Part shown: positions 7,513 through 15,028 of the stretch, one piece after another
Numbering within the stretch: position 1 is the first letter of the stretch
How the letters are laid out: each line of letters begins with the position of its first letter
NCBI GenBank assembly: GCA_031367385.1
Contig: JANLPS010000175.1
Coordinates: 1-17,036, forward strand
Length of the DNA: 17,036 nt
From: Archangium sp.
GTDB lineage: Bacteria; Myxococcota; Myxococcia; Myxococcales; Myxococcaceae
Reading direction: 5' to 3'
Position numbers and translations under genes: made by a program
The notes under the pieces: model-generated
What the model saw: the letters and a program-made list of their open reading frames with translations, nothing else
What the model was told of the DNA's origin: nothing
The model's database searches: none

Positions 7513-8334
7513 TCACGTCACTCGCGCGAGCATGATCTTCAACAGACCCTCGAAGTCATCGACGTGCACCCAATGGCCAGCGGGCAACAGGTCGACGGTG
7601 ATGCGACCCTGTGACGGCGCTGCGAGCGAGCGAGCCCGAGCGCGCTCCTGCTCGTCGTACACGCCCGAGCGCTCACCGATGATCAGGTGAAACCTGGGCC
7701 CCGACGGCTGCTCGAGCACCGGCCAGGCGTCGAGCGCGAAGTACGAGTCGAGCAGCGCGTGAATGCGCGAGAGGTCGAGCGCGAAGCGATACCGACCCTG
7801 ATCAGCCACGATGTTCATCGCGAGCCACAACGCCACTCCACGATCTTGACCTTGCGAGGTCAGCGCGCGAACGAACTCGTCGCGGTTCGCCCAGGTCTGC
7901 CCTTCAAGCGTGTCGAGCAGGTCAAGCACCTGAAAGGTGAGCTCCGAGCCGCGGTGATCAACACGGGTACCAGGCCCCGAATCGATCAAGGTCACGTCGT
8001 CGAGCGGCAGCTTGGCGACCAGCTGCAGCGCGACCTTGCCTCCGAACGAATGCGCCGCGACGGCAGACGCCGGCAGGCTCAGCGCGCGGGCCGCGGCAGC
8101 CACATCTTCAGCCGCCGCCTCGATCGTATCGGGGCCTGCGCGGCCCAACGAGGCGCCATGCGCACGCAGGTCGAACAGCACACCCTGCCAGTCGGGTCGC
8201 ATCGCGACGAAGCGCTTCGCGAGCGTTCTCAGGTTGGCACCGGTGCCCAAAATGCCGTGCAAAAACAAGATGCTGCGCGTGGGGTTGGCGTCAGGCGCGA
8301 CAATGCGCTCGGAGCGCAGTGAGACCACTTCCAT
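7513..8334 (-). CDS. Alpha/beta fold hydrolase (YbfF/ABHD11-like esterase)
   Basis: FLHGILG, FDLRAHGAS, nucleophile elbow AHSFGGKVA and C-terminal AGHWVH. Confidence 0.9.
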   Translation of the reverse strand: MEVVSLRSERIVAPDANPTRSILFLHGILGTGANLRTLAKRFVAMRPDWQGVLFDLRAHGASLGRAGPDTIEAAAEDVAAAARALSLPASAVAAHSFGGKVALQLVAKLPLDDVTLIDSGPGTRVDHRGSELTFQVLDLLDTLEGQTWANRDEFVRALTSQGQDRGVALWLAMNIVADQGRYRFALDLSRIHALLDSYFALDAWPVLEQPSGPRFHLIIGERSGVYDEQERARARSLAAPSQGRITVDLLPAGHWVHVDDFEGLLKIMLARVT

Positions 8335-8342
8335 AGGCGCGA

Positions 8343-8348
8343 ACTGTA
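8343..8348 (-). promoter_or_regulatory. Putative -10 element (TACAGT) 8 nt before the hydrolase ATG
   Basis: Minus strand reads ggtTACAGTtcgcgcctATG; no SD. Confidence 0.45.
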
Positions 8349-8433
8349 ACCGCCGCGACCGGTCTGTGGGGAAGCAACATACGCGTCGAGGTTCTTTGCA
8401 GGTTGAACAGGCGCGCTACGCTGCGTCGCTCGA

Positions 8434-11199
8434 GTGCGTGATCGCCCGTCGTCGGCTCCCGAGCCAAGAATTGATCAGAAGAGCTATCTGGCAGCGTTGT
8501 GTCGCGCGGTGCCGTATCACCTCGTCGAGCGCGTCTTGGCCGACCCCACCGAAGCGGCTCTGGCGCTGCAGAAGAGCGAAGGCACCGCGATGTTCATCGA
8601 CCTGGTGGGCTTCACCGGGTTGACTGAAGAGATCGCCCGTGGCGGCCCGGCGGCGTTGAGCGGCCTGGCGAGGTTGCTTGATCAACTCTTCACCCGCATG
8701 CACGTCGAAGCCTTCTTCCCCTTTCGTGGAGAAGTCGTCGAGTTCGCCGGCGACGCGATGACGGTGGTCTTTCGAAAGGGAGACTTTGCCCAAGCCGCCG
8801 CGGCCGCCGCGATCATCGCGCAGCGCATCGTCTCGCAAGAAGCAGCGACGAGCACGCACCCGCTGGTGCGAAAGCTCCAGGCACGGGTCGGGTTGTCGAC
8901 CGGGCACATCTACCTCGCCGTCGTCGGAGATCTCGCCCGTCGGCTCAGCGTCGCCACCGGGGCGGCGGTGCATCAAGCCATCGCGCTGCAGACCCAGGCT
9001 GCGCCGGGCCAGTGCATCATCGACGAGGCGACCGCGAGCCGGCTCGTCGACGCGCGGCTGACCCGACTCGATGGTTCGACCCTCTCGCTCGAGGGGCTCG
9101 ATGTGATGCCGTTGCCGCAGCCGCTCGAGCCACTGGGCAGGCGCCTCGATTCTCACCAGGCCGAGAAGATCGCGCTGCTCGAGCCCTTCGTGCCCGGCCC
9201 TCTGGCGCGGCGACTGCGCACGACACCCAGCGGGTGGCGCATCGAGACAGAGGTGCGTCAAGCCGTGGTGGTGTTCGCGCAGATCACCGGGTTCATGACC
9301 CGCTCGGCGGCGCACCTCGACGCCTCGCTGTTGATGTCGCGCTCGCTGTTGCGTGCGTTTCAGAAATACGACGGCCTGGTGCTCAAGGTGATGGCGACGG
9401 CCACCGGCCATCAGGCGATGGTGCTCTTCGGCGTGCATCGGCCCACCGACAACGACGACGAGAAGGCGGTGCTGGCCTCGCTCGAAGCCATCACCCGGCT
9501 GAGCAGCTTTCGCACCGCCGACAGCGAGCTGACCATGCAGGTCGGCATTCACCGCGGCGGGGTGTTGTTCGGCGCGGTGGGCAGCGACTCGAAGCACGAT
9601 CTGACCGCCATCGGAGACGCGGTGAACGTCGCGGCCCGAGTGGCGAAGCAGGCCAAGCCGCTCGAGGTGGTCGTCTCAGAACCGGTGCATGCCTCGGTGG
9701 CCTCGGTGATGACCTCGACGCCGATGGGCCTGGTGTGGGTCAAAGGCAAGGCTGAGCCACTGCCGCTCCACGTAGTGCACGGCGTGGGCGGAGGGCACGC
9801 GCACTATGCAAGGCGTCGCGAGGTGCAGCGCTTCTCAGCTGGCCGAGATCAGGTGCAAGCGTCGATTTCGAGAATCACCGAAGAGGCGCTCAATGGGCAC
9901 GCCTCGTTGCTTGGGCTGATCGGCCCCTCTGGCACTGGCAAGAGCCACCTCCTCTCGAACCTCGTCGACCGGTGGATTGGCGCCGGTGGCCGGGCGGTGA
10001 TCGGCCGCTGCCAGTTCGCCTCTCAAGCGGCTCCGATGGCGCCGGTGCGGCAGTTCTTCGAGGCCTTTCTCGGCATTGGGCCCAGTGAAGGCGAGTCGCA
10101 GCGGGTCTCTCGGCTGCGTGAAAAGCTCGCCGAGCACGGCGTGGGCTCGGAGGCCACCGAGCTGATCTCGTTCTTGCAACCGATTCGCAGACCCGACGGC
10201 GTCGATGAAACGCTGACCGACTTTTCAGACCCGCAAGCCCGTGAGCGGCTGCTGGCCTCGGTGGTGGCCTTCGCCGACAAGCGGTTTGATCAGCGCATTT
10301 TGTACGTGCTCGAAGATTTGCACTTCGCCGACACGCTCACGCTCGAGCTGGTGCGGCGGCTCGCCAAGCTCAACCGCAAGCGGCCGTATCTGATGGTGGT
10401 GACTGCGCGGCCTGAGCCGTTGACCGCTGAGGTTCGGCAGTCGCTCCACCATGAGCTCGAGCTGGGCACTCTGTCGCTCAAGCCTTCGAACGAGCTGGTC
10501 TGCCATGAGCTGCGCGCGACCTCGGCAGACCCAGAGCTGATGAATTTCTTGTGGCGTCGCACCGAGGGCAACCCGGAATATCTCGTTCAAACGATTCGGT
10601 TTTTGGCCGATCGCTTCTTGATTCGGGTGCACGACGGAGTCGTCACGACGGGCAACACCGGGGCGGTGGCGCTCGACGAGGTGGTACCTCCCACCTGGGC
10701 GCAGGTGGCGTTGGCGCGACTCGATGGGTTGACCGAAATCGAGCGTCGGGTGCTTCGAACGGCGAGCGCGATCGGGTTCAGCTTCACCGAGCCGGTGCTC
10801 GAAGAGACCGAGCTGAGCCTCTCGCCCGACACCATTCGCACCGCGGTCGAGGCGCTCGAGACGCAGCAGCTGGTGGTGCCCGACCCGGCCCAGCCGCGCG
10901 GCTACAGCTTTCGCGATGAGATCACCCGGTCGATGGCGTACTCGGTGATACCCGAGTCGGAGCGCAAGCAGATGCACGCCCGAATCGCGGTCGCGCTGCA
11001 GCACATGACGACGGGGTGGGCGGGCCTGGCCGCCACCATCGCCCACCACTACGAGCGAGCCGACCGGTTCTCAGAAGCCGCGCAGTGGTTCGAGCGGGTC
11101 ATTGCACAGACGTTGCGCGCCGGGTTGGCGCGAGAGCACGCGATGTTCAGCGAGCGGCTGGCCGAGGTGCAGAGAAGGCTTCGCGCGCTCAAGGGCTAG
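8434..11199 (+). CDS. Class III adenylate cyclase with tandem catalytic domains, STAND/AAA ATPase and short helical tail (soluble AC / ADCY10-like architecture)
   Basis: C1: FIDLVGFTGLTE and EFAGDA. C2: LKV...VLFG, GIHRG, LTAIGDAVNVAARV, VKGK. Walker A GPSGTGKS (9922-9945), Walker B VLEDLHFAD, then RTEGNP, ARLDGL, ASAIG, IAHHYERA. Exact start uncertain. Confidence 0.9.
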   Translation: MRDRPSSAPEPRIDQKSYLAALCRAVPYHLVERVLADPTEAALALQKSEGTAMFIDLVGFTGLTEEIARGGPAALSGLARLLDQLFTRMHVEAFFPFRGEVVEFAGDAMTVVFRKGDFAQAAAAAAIIAQRIVSQEAATSTHPLVRKLQARVGLSTGHIYLAVVGDLARRLSVATGAAVHQAIALQTQAAPGQCIIDEATASRLVDARLTRLDGSTLSLEGLDVMPLPQPLEPLGRRLDSHQAEKIALLEPFVPGPLARRLRTTPSGWRIETEVRQAVVVFAQITGFMTRSAAHLDASLLMSRSLLRAFQKYDGLVLKVMATATGHQAMVLFGVHRPTDNDDEKAVLASLEAITRLSSFRTADSELTMQVGIHRGGVLFGAVGSDSKHDLTAIGDAVNVAARVAKQAKPLEVVVSEPVHASVASVMTSTPMGLVWVKGKAEPLPLHVVHGVGGGHAHYARRREVQRFSAGRDQVQASISRITEEALNGHASLLGLIGPSGTGKSHLLSNLVDRWIGAGGRAVIGRCQFASQAAPMAPVRQFFEAFLGIGPSEGESQRVSRLREKLAEHGVGSEATELISFLQPIRRPDGVDETLTDFSDPQARERLLASVVAFADKRFDQRILYVLEDLHFADTLTLELVRRLAKLNRKRPYLMVVTARPEPLTAEVRQSLHHELELGTLSLKPSNELVCHELRATSADPELMNFLWRRTEGNPEYLVQTIRFLADRFLIRVHDGVVTTGNTGAVALDEVVPPTWAQVALARLDGLTEIERRVLRTASAIGFSFTEPVLEETELSLSPDTIRTAVEALETQQLVVPDPAQPRGYSFRDEITRSMAYSVIPESERKQMHARIAVALQHMTTGWAGLAATIAHHYERADRFSEAAQWFERVIAQTLRAGLAREHAMFSERLAEVQRRLRALKG

Positions 11200-11220
11200 G
11201 CGCCTTCGCGCGGCTGCCGA

Positions 11221-11580
11221 TCAAATCGCCGACCCGCCGCGCTCACCGGTGCGAATGCGCACGACCTCTTCGAGCGGCAAGACGAAGATCTTCCCGTCTC
11301 CGACCGCGCCGCCGGGCTCGGAGCGAGCGCCCTTCGAGATCGCCCCGATGGTCTTCTCGACGTAGGCGTCGTTGACGCACAAGGTGATGCGCGTCTTCTG
11401 CACGTTGCGCAGCTTCACCTTCTGGCCGCGAAAAATTTCGACTTCACCTTCTTGGCGGCCGAGCCCCTCGACCATGTCGATGGTGATTCGGTAGTTGTCA
11501 CCTTCGTCGAGCACCTCGCTCAACGCGTCTTCGACGGCCTCGAGACGTTCGGGGCGAACGATGGCGATGATCATTTTCAT
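11221..11580 (-). CDS. glnK: P-II family nitrogen regulator (GlnK-type by linkage to amt)
   Basis: MKMIIAIVRP, EGLGRQ, FRG, GDGKIFVLPLEEVVRIRTGERG; lies directly downstream of amt. Confidence 0.93.
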   Translation of the reverse strand: MKMIIAIVRPERLEAVEDALSEVLDEGDNYRITIDMVEGLGRQEGEVEIFRGQKVKLRNVQKTRITLCVNDAYVEKTIGAISKGARSEPGGAVGDGKIFVLPLEEVVRIRTGERGGSAI

Positions 11581-11610
11581 AACGCGCCTCTTGTAGCGAA
11601 AAGCGAAAAG

Positions 11611-12852
11611 TTACGTCTGGTCGAAGTGATAGCCGCGCTCACCGTGCACGTGAATGTCGAGGCCGTCGCGCTCTTCTTGGTCGGTGGTGCGAAGACCCAT
11701 CAGCGGCTTGAGCAGCGAGGCGATGACGAAGGTGCCGCCGCCAGCGAAGGCGATGGCGACTCCGACGCCGAGGGCCTGCTTGCCGAATTGGCTCACGTCG
11801 CCACCGCTGAAGAGGCCCTTGACCGGGGTGAAGCAGAACAAGCCGGTCATCAGCGCGCCCAAGATGCCGCCGACGCCGTGAACGCCAAAGGCGTCGAGCG
11901 AGTCGTCGTAGCCGAGGCGGTTCTTCAGCTGCACCGCCGCGTAGCAGACCACGCTGGCCATCGCGCCCAAGAGGAGCGCCGCCCACGGCTTGATGTGCCC
12001 CGCAGCGGGAGTCACCGCGACCAGCCCTGCGACGATGCCCGAGGCCAGGCCGAGCGAGGTCACCTTGCCGTGGTGCCATCGCTCGACTGCCATCCACGCG
12101 AGGCCTGCTGAAGCGGCGGCCGACTGCGTGGTGGTAAAAGCGAGGCCGGCGATGGCTCCAGCGACCGGGCTCTCGACGGCGACCGAGCTGCCGGCGTTGA
12201 AGCCGAACCACCCGAACCACAGCAGGCCCGCGCCAGTCAGCGTGAGCACGAGGTTGTTGGGCAGAATCGCCGCGCCACGCGCGAAGTCACGGCGAGGCCC
12301 CATCATCAGCGCCAGCACCAACGCCGAGACACCGGCCGCGATGTGCACCACGGTGCCTCCCGCGAAGTCGAGCACCCCCCGCTCGAACAACCACCCGTCA
12401 GAGGCCCAGACCCAATGCGCCAGCGGGCAGTAGACGAAGGTGACCCAGATCAAGGTGAAGACCAGATAGGTGCGAAACTTCATTCGCTCGGCGACCGCGC
12501 CGCTGATCAACGCGGGCGTGATGATCGCGAACTTGCCCTGAAACATCACGAAGACCAGCTCGGGTATCGCCTTGTCGGCGTAGAGCGTGGTGGGCTCGAT
12601 GCCCTGCAGAGCGAACATCTGCCAGTCCCACCCGATGAAGCCGCCGAGTGCTGACTTGCCGAACGCCAGCGCATAACCCACCAGCACCCACTGCACGCCG
12701 ATGACGGCCATCGCGACGAAGCTCATCATCATCGTGGTGAGCACGTTCTTCTTGCGCACCATGCCGCCGTAAAAGAGGGCCAGCCCGGGCACCATCAGCA
12801 GCACCAACGCCGAGCTCGTCAGCATCCACGCGGTGGAGCCAGAATCAATCAT
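11611..12852 (-). CDS. amtB: Ammonium transporter (Amt family)
   Basis: PGLALFYGGMVRKKN, FQGKFAIITPALISGAVAER, DFAGGTVVH, WFGWFGFNAGS, DDSLDAFGVHG (both pore His present) and GLDIHVHGE. No cleavable signal peptide. Confidence 0.96.
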   Translation of the reverse strand: MIDSGSTAWMLTSSALVLLMVPGLALFYGGMVRKKNVLTTMMMSFVAMAVIGVQWVLVGYALAFGKSALGGFIGWDWQMFALQGIEPTTLYADKAIPELVFVMFQGKFAIITPALISGAVAERMKFRTYLVFTLIWVTFVYCPLAHWVWASDGWLFERGVLDFAGGTVVHIAAGVSALVLALMMGPRRDFARGAAILPNNLVLTLTGAGLLWFGWFGFNAGSSVAVESPVAGAIAGLAFTTTQSAAASAGLAWMAVERWHHGKVTSLGLASGIVAGLVAVTPAAGHIKPWAALLLGAMASVVCYAAVQLKNRLGYDDSLDAFGVHGVGGILGALMTGLFCFTPVKGLFSGGDVSQFGKQALGVGVAIAFAGGGTFVIASLLKPLMGLRTTDQEERDGLDIHVHGERGYHFDQT

Positions 12853-12858
12853 GCGGCC

Positions 12859-12888
12859 GGTTTAGGGGCCTCGAGGAGGCTCAGTCAA
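12859..12888 (-). promoter_or_regulatory. Putative sigma70-type promoter of amt-glnK (TTGACT-N18-TAAACC), ending 6 nt before the ATG
   Basis: Minus strand reads aaTTGACTgagcctcctcgaggccccTAAACCggccgcATG. Confidence 0.5.
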
Positions 12889-12944
12889 TTCTAGAAATGC
12901 CTCGATGAGTATCTTGTGGCCACGAAATTAGGCTTCGCGACAGA

Positions 12945-13127
12945 CTAACAAGCGCAGCCACCCTTCTTGTGACAGACCTTCGAGACCTCGATGCACCCGT
13001 CGCCGCAGGGCTTCGACTTGGGGCCGCACATTCGGCAACACCCCGGGGGCTTCGGCACCGACGTGCGCTCGAGGGCGCTGGCCGAGAACCCGAGCATCAG
13101 GCCAAACACCAGGGCGATGGGTCGCAT
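12945..13127 (-). CDS. Small secreted cysteine-rich protein (60 aa, 8 Cys)
   Basis: Signal peptide-like MRPIALVFGLMLGFSASA followed by CCRMCGPKSKPCGDGCIEVSKVCHKKGGCAC-stop; fills an otherwise empty gap. Confidence 0.75.
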   Translation of the reverse strand: MRPIALVFGLMLGFSASALERTSVPKPPGCCRMCGPKSKPCGDGCIEVSKVCHKKGGCAC

Positions 13128-13203
13128 GTCGCAAGGTCACCACGTCACCTGCAAGGCCCTCAAGCCACGCAGTAGGCCGAGGTAGGTCAGTTGCGCACTC
13201 GGT

Positions 13204-13662
13204 TCAGTCGATGAGGGCCCACAAGGTGTCGGCGTTCACCACCGCGTCGAGCACCCGTCTGCGCAGCAGCGTGGGGAGCACGGCCTTCTCAACGCACCAG
13301 GCGTGCAGCATGTCTTCCCACTCTCCGAGGAGGGCGATGGCCTTCACTCCCGGGTCGTCGCGGTAGAGATCATTCAGGTTGTGCACCAGGCCTGGCACGT
13401 CGCGAACCTCCCATTTTTCATGCAACGCACCGGCTTGCATTTCGAGCTCGAGCGGAGGCCCCGAGCGCACGTCGAGCACGCGAAATTGCTTGGCGGCGCC
13501 GCCCATCGCATGGGTCAGCGGGCCGACAACCTCATCAGGCGTAGCCCGCAGCGACATCGAGAGGCCTCCGACCAGCCGCCCCGCATGGCAGAGCCGCAGG
13601 AGATCAGCGTGCTTGCCGCGGCCGGTGATCAGCGAGAGGCGCTTCAGCTCGTCGATCAACAC
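13204..13662 (-). CDS. Hypothetical protein
   Basis: 152-aa ORF with globular-protein composition, starting 6 nt after the upstream ORF stop; no motif recognised. Confidence 0.75.
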   Translation of the reverse strand: MLIDELKRLSLITGRGKHADLLRLCHAGRLVGGLSMSLRATPDEVVGPLTHAMGGAAKQFRVLDVRSGPPLELEMQAGALHEKWEVRDVPGLVHNLNDLYRDDPGVKAIALLGEWEDMLHAWCVEKAVLPTLLRRRVLDAVVNADTLWALID

Positions 13663-13668
13663 GGGCGC

Positions 13669-13893
13669 TCACTCGGCCGATTTTGCCGCAGCCTCATCAA
13701 CGTACTTCTGATCAGCGGCCTCGATGCGCTTCGCGGCGGTGGTGGCGTTGCCCAGCGGCTTGGCCTCGACGGCCAGCGGGGTGACCTGTGGGGTGACCTG
13801 TGGAGTGACCGGTGGGGGCTTCGAATACACCGCCTTGTAGGCGAGAAACGAAAGCACTCCCAAGGTCAGTGCCACGGTGATGATTCGGCCCAT
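13669..13893 (-). CDS. Small membrane-anchored hypothetical protein
   Basis: N-terminal hydrophobic helix (IITVALTLGVLSFLAY), Pro-rich VTPQ repeats and a helical C-terminus; TAGACT box 6 nt upstream. Confidence 0.75.
   Translation of the reverse strand: MGRIITVALTLGVLSFLAYKAVYSKPPPVTPQVTPQVTPLAVEAKPLGNATTAAKRIEAADQKYVDEAAAKSAE
13778..13813. repeat. 12-bp tandem repeat x3 encoding VTPQ-like units on the minus strand
   Basis: ggggtgacctgt ggggtgacctgt ggagtgaccggt. Confidence 0.85.
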
Positions 13894-13899
13894 TCTTCA

Positions 13900-13905
13900 A
13901 GTCTA
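13900..13905 (-). promoter_or_regulatory. Putative -10 element (TAGACT) 6 nt before ATG 13893; leaderless-type promoter
   Basis: Minus strand reads cgcgTAGACTtgaagaATG. Confidence 0.55.
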
Positions 13906-13945
13906 CGCGAAACCGAACGACCCCATGGGCGTACCTGCGTCGAGT

Positions 13946-13971
13946 GGAATGTCTCCGGACATGAACCGTTG
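13946..13971 (+). promoter_or_regulatory. Putative ECF-dependent autoregulatory promoter GGAAT-N17-GTTG
   Basis: GGAAT gtctccggacatgaacc GTTG ends about 75 nt upstream of the ECF sigma start and resembles SigR/SigH-type GGAAY-N17/18-GTT promoters. Confidence 0.55.
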
Positions 13972-14046
13972 AACCGGCAACCCCTTGAAAATCATGACTT
14001 CTTCGACCCAATCAGCGATACCGGGCTCGCCCTGTGGAGGCGAGTG

Positions 14047-14679
14047 ATGCAGCTCGACCACTCCAGCGGCAGAGGTTCGAACCCGGTGATCGCTGACGAC
14101 GACAGCGTGCTGCTCGGCAGGGCGCAACAAGGCGATGTGCCCGCCTTCGAGCGGCTCGTCGAACGGCACCGCAGCCAGGTCTTCGGGTTGGCCTCGCGAA
14201 TGCTGAACTCGACCGATGACGCGGCCGAGGTGACCCAAGAGGCGTTTCTCGCTGCCTACCGCCATCTGCCTGAATTCAGAGGTGATGCGGCCTTCGGCTC
14301 GTGGGTGTACCGCATCGCTGCGAACTTCGCGTTGATGCGCCTTCGGCATCGCAAGGTGGCCGGTGAAATCGAAGAGCCCGAGGGGTCTCCGAACTTCAAT
14401 GAGCGGGGCTCGCTGATCGACTCCGTGGCTGATTGGGGCCGCGACGCCGAGGGTCAGACGCTCGACGCCGAGCTGCGAACGGCCATCGAGCAGGCCAGCC
14501 GCGGGCTCCCCGAAGAGTATCGCCAGGTCTTCGTTTTGCGAGATCTCGAAGGCCTGCCTTACGACGAAATCGCGACCCTCACGAACACCTCGCTGGCCGC
14601 GGTGAAGAGCCGGCTGCACCGGGCCCGGCTGGCGCTCCGCGAGGCCATCGACCGCTTCTACGCAGAGCGCGAGTCATAA
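14047..14679 (+). CDS. ECF-subfamily RNA polymerase sigma factor
   Basis: GGAGG at 14036-14040 before GTG/ATG (14044/14047). Region 2: AQQGDVPAFERLV...DAAEVTQEAFLAAYRHLPEFRGDAAFGSWVYRIAAN. Region 4: LPEEYRQVFVLRDLEGLPYDEIA...VKSRLHRAR. Confidence 0.95.
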   Translation: MQLDHSSGRGSNPVIADDDSVLLGRAQQGDVPAFERLVERHRSQVFGLASRMLNSTDDAAEVTQEAFLAAYRHLPEFRGDAAFGSWVYRIAANFALMRLRHRKVAGEIEEPEGSPNFNERGSLIDSVADWGRDAEGQTLDAELRTAIEQASRGLPEEYRQVFVLRDLEGLPYDEIATLTNTSLAAVKSRLHRARLALREAIDRFYAERES

Positions 14680-14774
14680 GAGAAAGCGCGTCGCCGCAAA
14701 TCTCTGTTGCGCCGGGGCCATCGCCTGCGCAGATACTGACAGGCCGAAGCGTGGTTCGGCCGGTGCCCTGACCG

Positions 14775-15023
14775 ATGTCCAATACCTGCAAAGAATGCAT
14801 CGACCTCCTGCTCGACTACGTCGAAGGCGAGCTGCCGGTCGACGTGCGGAGCCGGCTCGAGGTGCACATGGGCGGGTGCGAGCCGTGCGACACGTTCTTG
14901 AAGACGTACAAGGCGACGCCGGGGCTGTGCCGCAAGGCGATGGCCGCCAAGATGCCCGATGACATTGCGAAGCGGTTGACCGATTTTCTTCGCGTCGAGA
15001 TGCAGAAAGACCGAAAAGCGTAG
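14775..15023 (+). CDS. Zinc-binding (zf-HC2/ZAS) soluble anti-sigma factor
   Basis: CKECIDLLLDYVEGEL...HMGGCEPC (HxxxCxxC); 82 aa, no transmembrane segment; follows the ECF sigma. Confidence 0.92.
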   Translation: MSNTCKECIDLLLDYVEGELPVDVRSRLEVHMGGCEPCDTFLKTYKATPGLCRKAMAAKMPDDIAKRLTDFLRVEMQKDRKA

Positions 15024-15028
15024 GTCCC

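Noticed and set aside
7513..8334. AHSFG instead of GxSxG as a sign of an inactive hydrolase
   Set aside because: AxSxG elbows occur in active alpha/beta hydrolases, and the catalytic Ser and His motifs are intact.
12853..12944. Sigma54 promoter for amt
   Set aside because: The only TGGC on the minus strand is followed by cacaaga-tact, not the TTGC -12 element.
12928..13143. 71-aa minus-strand ORF overlapping the Cys-rich miniprotein
   Set aside because: The overlapping frame 12945..13127 has a signal peptide and an ordered Cys motif; this frame has neither.
13303..14043. Apparent long N-terminal domain on the ECF sigma (458 aa ORF)
   Set aside because: It is antisense to two plausible minus-strand genes; the GGAGG SD and sigma homology begin at 14044-14047.
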